A stretch of 64,000 nt of DNA from Candidatus Margulisiibacteriota bacterium. GTDB taxonomy: Bacteria > Desulfobacterota > Binatia > HRBIN30. Position 1 is the stretch's first letter; each line of letters begins with the position of its first letter. Under the pieces are notes generated by a model. The model searched no databases. It was not told where the DNA came from and saw nothing but the letters and a program-made list of their open reading frames with translations. The position numbers and the translations under genes are program-made. Of the stretch, positions 57,211 to 64,000 are shown piece after piece. The stretch spans positions 28,834 to 92,833 of the forward strand of contig DATKMS010000266.1 in NCBI GenBank assembly GCA_035541735.1, in the 5' to 3' direction.

Positions 57211-57214
57211 AGCC

Positions 57215-57814
57215 TCAGCGCAGCACACGAGCAGCGCCCGCATCCGCGTGCGGAGACGCCGTCGGCGCCCGCCGCATGATCACCGCGAGCACGACAAGCA
57301 TGCAGGCCGTCTGCGCGCCATAGCCCAGCAGGACGATGTAGCGCGCTCTGCCGAGGAACTCACGGTTGAGCAGCAGCGCCAGCACCACGTAGGCGGCCAT
57401 CGCCGTTGCCGCCGGCGCCCCCAGCTTGCGGATGCCGCGATCCTCGGCGACGATGAGATAGAGCGCCGGCAGCATGAACACCATGTGCTGCACCCAGGTC
57501 GCCGGCGAGAGCAGCAGCGCCAGGATCAGCACCGCGCTGCAGTCGTAGCGCAGGGCCAGGCCCAGGTTCGCATCGATCAAGGCCAACGGGCTGAAGTACA
57601 TGGCGGCGGTCGGCATGTATGGATAGTGCAGCCCTCCGGCGTACAGATCTTCGTGTGCCACGAATCGCCTGCCGAACTCGCGTGACACATCGAAGTCGCC
57701 GAGAGCGGTCGCGCGGCGATGCGCGATCACCACCCACTGCACGGCGACGACGACGAAGCAGGCGGCGATCAGCGTCTGTTGCCTGCGCGTCCGCGAGTGC
57801 CACCAGGCCAGCAT
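57215..57814 (-). CDS. Short GT87/DUF2029-like membrane protein (about half the usual length)
   Basis: GDFDVSREFGRRFVAHEDLYAGGLHYPYMPTAAMYFSPLAL resembles the DUF2029 N-terminal signature. ...LLLSPATWVQHMVFMLPAL resembles the C-terminal part. Only ~199 aa. The upstream part of the 312-aa track ORF was rejected. Confidence 0.45.
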   Translation of the reverse strand: MLAWWHSRTRRQQTLIAACFVVVAVQWVVIAHRRATALGDFDVSREFGRRFVAHEDLYAGGLHYPYMPTAAMYFSPLALIDANLGLALRYDCSAVLILALLLSPATWVQHMVFMLPALYLIVAEDRGIRKLGAPAATAMAAYVVLALLLNREFLGRARYIVLLGYGAQTACMLVVLAVIMRRAPTASPHADAGAARVLR

Positions 57815-60236
57815 GACGACAACCTCTGCAGCCCTATCGTGCAAGTTGCGTCGGCTTGCAAATCGGCCGCCGTTGGGAGATACGGCGCTCGACCGTTGCC
57901 TGCCAGTCGCACCAATGACGACCCGATGTGATCGGATTGACGAAGCGCGCACGTGGGACGAGTGCTTCGACCCGGCGCTGGCTGCGTTCCCCACGCGTCG
58001 TGTTCCAATCGATACGGTCGTCGATTTGCTGCACGTGTCGCATGCGCCGGAGCGCATCGCCGCGTATCGTTGCGCCATGGAGCGTGGGGAACGGTTTCCG
58101 CCGATCTCGGTCGTGCGCATCGCCGGGCGCCTCTTGATCGCCGACGGCCACAAGCGCTTCAGCGCCTATCGCTCGCTCGCAGCGACCGACATTGTGGTCG
58201 AGGTGTGGACCCCTCGTCGCTGGTTCCGTGACCAATGCGGGCAGTTTTTGCGCAAGTCGCGGCAGCAGTGGACCCTCCTCTTGCGTAGCGTGCATGACCG
58301 TGGAGCGCGGGCCCAGGCGAGGCGATTGTTTTGGGACACCATCGGGCATTGGCGGCGTGTCGGGTTGTCGCTCGCGGGGCGCCGCCGCGATGAGGGCGGC
58401 GAAACCGTGAGAACTCTGCAGCAGGCAGCCGTACCCGCATCGCTGAGCGGGACGGCGATCTTCCAGCGGTTGGTCCGCGAGTGCACGTCTTCTCCCGTGC
58501 GCCTCACGCTGGCTGTGATCAGCCTGCTCAGTGTGGCTCTGGGGCAGCTGTACCTGACCTGGCTGGTGAAATTGTGGGCCGAGGGGCCGGTGCTGCGCGG
58601 CGAGCGCGCCCTGCTCGACTCGATGCTCGCCCGTGCCGCCGTGGTCACCGCCGGCATGGTGATCGCCGTCTTCCTGTCGCGCTACGTCCTGAACAGCATC
58701 AATCAGCGCCTGGTTGAGCGCCTGCGTGCGGCTGTGCATGCGCACCTGTTGGCCGTGGGAGTGGCGGAGGTGCGGCAGTGGCCCAACGGCGAATGGCTCT
58801 CGCGCGTGTTCAATGACGCCGGCGCGCTCTCCGGTTTTGTGCGCGATGTCCTCAAGCGACTGATCGGCGAGGGCGTCGTCTTGGTCGGGGCGCTGGCGAT
58901 GATGGTTTATCTGCAATGGCGCTTGGCGTTGATCGGCTGCGTGCTGGTGCCGCTGGTGGGCGTACTGCTCAGTCGCCTCGGCGGTATCATTCGCCGCCGC
59001 GGCGCGGCCGCGCAGCAGAAAGTGGGTGAGCTCAGCGCGACGCTCAGCGAACAGCTGCGCGGCCTGACGACGATCAAGGGGTTTCAGACCGAGAGCGACG
59101 AGCACGAGCGCTTCGTCCGCCAGAACGCCCGCTACCGCCGGGAAGTCCTGCGCAGCGAGTGGTGGACCGCGGTGCTGATGACCATGGTGTGGTTCGTGAC
59201 CGGTATCGGGCTCCTGGCCATTCTGCGCTACGGCACCCTCCAGGTTCTCCGGGGTGCGTGCACGGCCGGGCAGCTCTTCGCGTTTGTGCTCTACGCCGTG
59301 CAGACCGTGGAACCGTTACGGCGGTTGAGCGAGGTTCAGGCCATGCTGCAGCGGGCGCTTGCCGCCGCGGCGCGGGTGTATGAAGTGATCGACGCCCCGT
59401 ACGGAGAAGCGCAGGGCACGCTGCACCTGCCCGAGCCTGCACGCGGCGAGTTGCGCTTCGAACAGCTGTGCTTTCGTTACCGCGCCGACAAGCCCGTGCT
59501 CGACGGCCTGGCGTTGCGCCTGGCGCCCCGAGAGACGGTGGCGCTGGTTGCAGCCAGCGGCGGCGGCAAGAGTACGCTGGCCAGTCTGTTGCTTCGTTTT
59601 GTCGATCCGCAGCGCGGCCGGATCCTTTTGGACGGCATCGACGTTCGCGCCCTGCGGCTTGCTGATCTGCGCCGCGCCGTGTGCGTCGTCGAACAGGATC
59701 CGTTCATCTTCAGCGGACCGTTGATCGAAAACATTCGCTACGGCTCGCCGTACACGTCGGCGGCAACGATTGACGCGGCTGTTACCTGCGCAGGACTGGA
59801 GCTGATGGTACGCGGGCTGCCGGGCGGCCTGCACGCATCGTTGCAGGAAGGCGGCGGGAACCTATCCGGCGGTCAGAAGCAGCGCATCGCGTTGGCCAGA
59901 GCCATCGTCCGTGATCCGACCGTGCTGGTGCTCGACGAAGCCACCAGCGCGTTGGACAGCGACGCCGAAGCACAGATCTTCGCCGACATCGAGGAGTGGC
60001 TGCGACGGCGGACGGTGCTGGTCATGGCGCACCGCTTGGCGACCGTCGCCCGCTTTGACCGCATCATCGTCGTACAAGCTGGCCGCGTCGTCGGCGATGG
60101 CAGCGTTGCCCATCTGCTGCAGAGCTGCCCGACCTTCAGCCAGCTGTTTGCGGAGCAGTTGACGCCGCTCGGCTGGCCGCAGGAGGCGGCAGTGGGTGTG
60201 GATCAAAGACGTGCCGGCAGCCGGTCGGCGGGATGA
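57813..60236 (+). CDS. ParB/sulfiredoxin-like N-terminal domain fused to an MsbA-like ABC exporter (TMD plus NBD)
   Basis: aa ~60-135: VPIDTVVDLLHVSH...ERGERFPPISVVRIAGRLLIADGHKRFSAYRSL..IVVEVW (ParBc-like with GxxR). Then a 6-TM exporter domain. NBD Walker A VAASGGGKSTL, signature LSGGQKQRIALARAI, Walker B VLVLDEATSALD. No in-frame stop between the parts. The start may be ATG 57915. Confidence 0.75.
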   Translation: MTTTSAALSCKLRRLANRPPLGDTALDRCLPVAPMTTRCDRIDEARTWDECFDPALAAFPTRRVPIDTVVDLLHVSHAPERIAAYRCAMERGERFPPISVVRIAGRLLIADGHKRFSAYRSLAATDIVVEVWTPRRWFRDQCGQFLRKSRQQWTLLLRSVHDRGARAQARRLFWDTIGHWRRVGLSLAGRRRDEGGETVRTLQQAAVPASLSGTAIFQRLVRECTSSPVRLTLAVISLLSVALGQLYLTWLVKLWAEGPVLRGERALLDSMLARAAVVTAGMVIAVFLSRYVLNSINQRLVERLRAAVHAHLLAVGVAEVRQWPNGEWLSRVFNDAGALSGFVRDVLKRLIGEGVVLVGALAMMVYLQWRLALIGCVLVPLVGVLLSRLGGIIRRRGAAAQQKVGELSATLSEQLRGLTTIKGFQTESDEHERFVRQNARYRREVLRSEWWTAVLMTMVWFVTGIGLLAILRYGTLQVLRGACTAGQLFAFVLYAVQTVEPLRRLSEVQAMLQRALAAAARVYEVIDAPYGEAQGTLHLPEPARGELRFEQLCFRYRADKPVLDGLALRLAPRETVALVAASGGGKSTLASLLLRFVDPQRGRILLDGIDVRALRLADLRRAVCVVEQDPFIFSGPLIENIRYGSPYTSAATIDAAVTCAGLELMVRGLPGGLHASLQEGGGNLSGGQKQRIALARAIVRDPTVLVLDEATSALDSDAEAQIFADIEEWLRRRTVLVMAHRLATVARFDRIIVVQAGRVVGDGSVAHLLQSCPTFSQLFAEQLTPLGWPQEAAVGVDQRRAGSRSAG

Positions 60237-60372
60237 TGGGCGGTGGTTGGCCGGCGGTTGGCTTGACAACGGACGGCGCCTCGATCCACCCGAACAGGAC
60301 AAGGTTGAACGCAAACTTGGTGAGGGCGTAGGAAAACGCCGTCACGAACCACAGCCGCAAGAATTTCGTCAC
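60136..60372 (-). CDS. Small membrane protein, paralog of 62480-62728 (N-terminal helix conserved, C-terminus divergent)
   Basis: GTG start overlaps the stop of GT4 60369-61502 (GTGA). FLRLWFVTAFSYALTKFAFNLVLFGWI versus FLRLWFVLGFAYFSAKLLFNLAVMGWI. Its 3' part overlaps the ABC exporter 3' end by ~100 nt. Confidence 0.4.
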   Translation of the reverse strand: MTKFLRLWFVTAFSYALTKFAFNLVLFGWIEAPSVVKPTAGQPPPIIPPTGCRHVFDPHPLPPPAASRAASTAPQTAG

Positions 60373-61502
60373 GTCGCATCCCTCCTCGACTGCGTCCGCA
60401 ACGCAGAAAAGAGCTGGTCATAGCGGTCGGCAGCCTGCTGCGCATCGAACAGCGTACGTGCCCGCGACAGCGCCGCAAGCGCCATCCGCTGCGCCGCTGC
60501 AGCGTCGGTGAGCATCTCGATGAGCTGGCGCGACAGATCGTCGACGTCGTCTGCGCGCGCCAGACGTCCCGCCTCACCGTGGTCCCCGATGGCTTCGACA
60601 ATCCCGCCGGTTGCATATCCGAGCGCGGGAGTACCACACGCCATCGCCTCGAGCAGCGTCGCCGGGAGTGCCTCGCTGAGCGCGCTGTGCGTTGCCAGCA
60701 CTACGACGTCAACTGCCGTGAGTGCCAGATCGATGTGCTCGATTTCACCGAGGTGGTGTACGCGGCCTTGCAAGGCGAACGCTCTTTGCAACTCGACAAG
60801 CGACCAGGGTTCCCCGCTGTCGCCTGATCTACCGCACACCAGAAGGTTGGTGGCTCCGAGCTGCACATTGGCGCGGCTGACCGCGGACAGCACATGACGC
60901 AAGCCTTTGGCTCGGGCCAGTCCGCCGAAGAACCCCACCCAGCGGCCGCCCTCAGGAAGCGCCAGCGCTGCTCGGGCGCGCGCCCGCTCGTGTGGTCCAG
61001 GCGGTGTGGTGCGTGGTGAGAACCGCACAGGGTTGTAAATGACGTGGATGCGTTCAGGCCGCACACCGAGGTTCCCGAGGAGGCTTTGCCGAACGGCCTG
61101 ACTGACGGCCACCACGGCATCGGCGCCATTGGCCAGCCAGCGCACCCACGGGTTGAGCGGCAGCGCCATGTGGCGAACCAGAACCAGGCGGCCGTGCTGC
61201 ACCGGCCGGCGCGCCAAGCACGCCCAGACCCACTCATCAGCGGTGGTTACCAGTGCAACGTCGGGCGCGACGTCGTTCAACGCACGGCGGATTGCCGCGA
61301 CGGCTCGAACGTTCAACGAACCGCCGAGCCAGGCCGGATGGGTCATCAGGCCGGCGCACCTCGCGGCGGGCGCGACCGCGCCATCCGGCCGACACAAGGC
61401 CTCCACCGTATGACCTCGTGCGCCGAGTAACGTGGCGAGCTGCAGCGTCACCCGTTCCGCTCCGCCGAGAATCCGGGAACCGCAGATCCACAGGATCTTC
61501 AA
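60369..61502 (-). CDS. GT4-family glycosyltransferase
   Basis: MKILWICGSRILGGAERVTLQLATLLGARGHTV. SEALPATLLEAMACGTPALGYATGGIVEAI. Confidence 0.85.
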   Translation of the reverse strand: MKILWICGSRILGGAERVTLQLATLLGARGHTVEALCRPDGAVAPAARCAGLMTHPAWLGGSLNVRAVAAIRRALNDVAPDVALVTTADEWVWACLARRPVQHGRLVLVRHMALPLNPWVRWLANGADAVVAVSQAVRQSLLGNLGVRPERIHVIYNPVRFSPRTTPPGPHERARARAALALPEGGRWVGFFGGLARAKGLRHVLSAVSRANVQLGATNLLVCGRSGDSGEPWSLVELQRAFALQGRVHHLGEIEHIDLALTAVDVVVLATHSALSEALPATLLEAMACGTPALGYATGGIVEAIGDHGEAGRLARADDVDDLSRQLIEMLTDAAAAQRMALAALSRARTLFDAQQAADRYDQLFSALRTQSRRDAT

Positions 61503-61631
61503 CGTCCTGGCTCCGTCGGACCCAGCGCCGTCTGGCTGCCGGCGCTCCCGCCGCCCCCCCTTTTGTATTGACCGCCGCGGGCCTGGATTGTATACCGCGG
61601 CGTACCAATGGGCTGCTGCTGAGAGGGGAAA

Positions 61632-62465
61632 ATGCTCATGCGCCGACGCGTCGCCGTGATGGCAGTTTTATTTCTCTTGTTGGCCGTTCGCACTTTCGCG
61701 CAACCGACGGACGGCATCTTGGTCTCCGGCCAGCCCGACTTGGCAATCATCGATACCAATGGAGACGGCCCAGACCCCATGGACTGCCACATCAGGGGAA
61801 TGACCGACACCTCCGGCAACCTGCTCATCACGACCATGCAGGACAGTCACTATAGTGGCGGCGTGCAGCTGCGGGCATGCTCGGGTAACTACACGGGGTA
61901 TGTGGACCCCACGTTCCCTACCGACACGAGCATCTTCGGTATGATCACCATGAGTTCGATCATCGGGGGAATCCCGCACGCGCTTTCATTCGACGGCATG
62001 TTTGCTTCTCAGGGGGGTGGCGGTGGAGGCGGAGCCGCAGTCATGGCCTCCGCCCCACGAATAATCACCCAGCTCACACTGACGAATACCGAGTTCATCG
62101 GATCTGGGTTCATCTGTGACTCGGTTGCCAAGGTTAAACTGGCTAACGGTATGCCTATGGGAGTCGGTCTCTTGATGGACACCCCTGGGTACTTGCATGT
62201 GCAGGGTATTCCCTTCCAGACGGCGGATCTGCAAAGCTACGTGATGAAGGATGTCTACATTCCGAAGAGCGATAGCATCTTGAACTTTTCCCTCGCCAGT
62301 GCACCGAGCGACATCCTCCTCCAGATCCTGCTCAACGGCACCTGTAGCCGTGTGCCGACGTTGAGTGAGGGGAATCTCATCCTCCTCGCGCTGATGCTGT
62401 TGGTGGGCGGAGGGTGGCTACTGGGGTATCGGCGCAAGCTCTCCGAAGCCCTGCCGCTTCCGTAG
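61632..62465 (+). CDS. Secreted protein with IPTL-CTERM-type C-terminal sorting signal
   Basis: Signal peptide MLMRRRVAVMAVLFLLLAVRTFAQP. C-terminus VPTLSEGNLILLALMLLVGGGWLLGYRRKL matches the IPTLSEWG-TM-RRR pattern. GC is visibly lower than in the neighbours. Confidence 0.65.
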   Translation: MLMRRRVAVMAVLFLLLAVRTFAQPTDGILVSGQPDLAIIDTNGDGPDPMDCHIRGMTDTSGNLLITTMQDSHYSGGVQLRACSGNYTGYVDPTFPTDTSIFGMITMSSIIGGIPHALSFDGMFASQGGGGGGGAAVMASAPRIITQLTLTNTEFIGSGFICDSVAKVKLANGMPMGVGLLMDTPGYLHVQGIPFQTADLQSYVMKDVYIPKSDSILNFSLASAPSDILLQILLNGTCSRVPTLSEGNLILLALMLLVGGGWLLGYRRKLSEALPLP

Positions 62466-62479
62466 TCGCCTCGAGGACC

Positions 62480-62728
62480 CTAGACCATTGCCGCCCGCCG
62501 GCGCGCGCGGCGCGTGACCATCCAGAACACCACGCTCTGTCCCAGCGGCACGAAAATGATCTCGAGAAGCGCGTCGAGCCGGATGACCCAGATCCAGCCC
62601 ATCACGGCGAGGTTGAACAACAGCTTCGCCGAGAAATAGGCGAAGCCGAGGACAAACCACAGCCGTAGGAATCGTCCCAGGGACGATTGCGGCTGCCTGG
62701 CCCCAGGTTCTGCGGATGTCGCATCCAT
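62480..62728 (-). CDS. 82-aa two-TM membrane protein, paralog of 60136-60372
   Basis: MDATSAEPG...LGRFLRLWFVLGFAYFSAKLLFNLAVMGWIWVIRLDALLEIIFVPLGQSVVFWMVTRRARRR. Lies 48 nt downstream of the quinone oxidoreductase gene. Confidence 0.5.
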   Translation of the reverse strand: MDATSAEPGARQPQSSLGRFLRLWFVLGFAYFSAKLLFNLAVMGWIWVIRLDALLEIIFVPLGQSVVFWMVTRRARRRAAMV

Positions 62729-62775
62729 CCAGATGCGTTGGGCACATAGCAGCCCGGCGCGCGCCCACGCAACTG

Positions 62776-63744
62776 CTACGGCTCGAGTACCACCTTGCCC
62801 ATGCACTTCCGTCCTTCGAGGTAGCGGTGGGCTGCCGCCGCCTCGTGCAACGGGAAGCGCCGGTCGATCGTGACCTGAAAGGTGCCGTTGCTGACGAGTT
62901 GAATGATCTCGCACAAGGCCCGCCAGGCGCCCCCTTCGGTGAACCACGGGACAAGGTACAGACCATGGATCGAGACGCTGTTGCGGATCAACGCCGTCGG
63001 GTCCACGTTCGCCGTCTTGCCGAGCGTGTTGCCGACGCACAGTAACCGGCCGTTGGCTCGCAAGACATCGAGACTCTGCTCGAAGACTTCGCCGCCGACC
63101 GACTCCAGCACGACGTCGACGCCCGCATTGTCCGTGAGCCGCCACGCCGCCTCGACGAAGTCTTGCTCGGCGTAGTTGATACCGGCATCGGCGCCCAGCC
63201 GACCGCCAAACTCCAGCTTGGCTGCCATGCTCGCGGTCGTCAGGACCCGCGCGCCACAATGCTTGGCGATTTGGATGCCCGCCATACCGACGCCGCTTGC
63301 CGCAGCGTGCACGAGCACCCATTCCTGCGGCTGCACCCGTGCGGTGGTGACCAGCCCATACCATGCCGTCAGGAAGACGACCGGAATGGAGGCAGCGACG
63401 GCGTAGTCGAGGCCATGCGGGATCGCAATGGCAGCGGCGTCCAGCGTCACAAAGCGATCGGCGTAGCCGCCACTGGCGGCCAGTGCCACGACTCGTTCGC
63501 CGATGCGCTGCTTGTCGACACCCTCCCCGACGGCGTCGATCTCGCCGGCAACCTCGAACCCGAGGACCAGCGGGAATGCGGCTTCGCCCGGATACGTGCC
63601 GGCACGCCGTGCCAGGTCCCCACGATTGATGGAAGCCGCCTTGACGGCCACGCGCACTTGTCCCAAGCCCGGTTGTGGGTCGTGTATCTCCTCGTACCGC
63701 AGCACGCTCGCGTCACCGAACTGGTGGATACGTACGCTATGCAT
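62776..63744 (-). CDS. NADPH:quinone oxidoreductase / zeta-crystallin-like medium-chain dehydrogenase
   Basis: MHSVRIHQFGDASVLRYEEI...VRVAVKAASINRGD...PLVLGFEVAGEI. AASGVGMAGIQIAK NADPH fold. Strong AAGGAGAG RBS before ATG 63744. Confidence 0.9.
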   Translation of the reverse strand: MHSVRIHQFGDASVLRYEEIHDPQPGLGQVRVAVKAASINRGDLARRAGTYPGEAAFPLVLGFEVAGEIDAVGEGVDKQRIGERVVALAASGGYADRFVTLDAAAIAIPHGLDYAVAASIPVVFLTAWYGLVTTARVQPQEWVLVHAAASGVGMAGIQIAKHCGARVLTTASMAAKLEFGGRLGADAGINYAEQDFVEAAWRLTDNAGVDVVLESVGGEVFEQSLDVLRANGRLLCVGNTLGKTANVDPTALIRNSVSIHGLYLVPWFTEGGAWRALCEIIQLVSNGTFQVTIDRRFPLHEAAAAHRYLEGRKCMGKVVLEP

Positions 63745-64000
63745 GATCGGACTCTCCTTCTGGTCAGCCGCACCGCACCCCAACGTCCGCTTCAGCATCC
63801 TTACTACCCCTTCTGGCCGTGATCGGCTACTGGCCAGCGTTGCAGTGCACTCGATTCTTGCCACCAGCGGCGGATGTGCTAAGCGCAGGCGTGTGCGGAT
63901 GCCTGCTGTACGCTTGGGAATGGTGCTCGGTGCGCTCGTGGTCGCTTGCGGAATGCTGCAGGCGTGTGCGAACAGCATTCTGCGCAACGCAGCCGAAGCC

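Overview
High-GC (about 65-67% by eye) chromosomal window from an unidentified diderm, LPS-making bacterium. All calls come from reading the sequence and the ORF track by eye, with no searches run. Start codons are best guesses, and hand-derived coordinates may be off by a few nt. Coding density is high on both strands. Many long ORFs in the six-frame track are GC-driven shadow ORFs antisense to real genes, and I discarded them. About 60 features are supportable. The left end (1-10.8 kb) holds an Omp85-type OMP, aconitase A, small regulators, a class-V aminotransferase, a pseudouridine synthase, two zinc-ribbon mini-proteins, tRNA-Phe(GAA), an SDR and a cytochrome P450. Next comes an unusual 1.6 kb non-coding gap, followed by a secreted FN3/PKD-like protein with an almost identical 741-nt internal tandem duplication. 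From 14.5 to 61.5 kb the window is dominated by a dispersed envelope-glycolipid supercluster. It contains waaA, lpxB, two GT9 heptosyltransferases, a Kdo hydroxylase, DUF374, three intact ArnT/PMT-like GT-C enzymes plus one decayed copy, a PAP2 phosphatase, a membrane GT2, six GT4 genes, Wzm/Wzt and an MsbA-like exporter. Unrelated modules are interleaved with it: a cyclase-STAND-TPR protein, an isoprenoid-linked operon and an orphan HAO-family octaheme cytochrome. The three observations most worth a second look are these. (1) A complete private FAS-II elongation module sits inside the lipid A/Kdo locus and ends in a single-polypeptide AcpS-LpxL fusion. (2) A ParB/sulfiredoxin-like domain is fused to the N-terminus of the MsbA-like ABC exporter. 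(3) The HAO gene has the relic of a second copy's 3' end directly upstream, which marks a rearrangement breakpoint. I saw no CRISPR array, rRNA, transposase or integrase.
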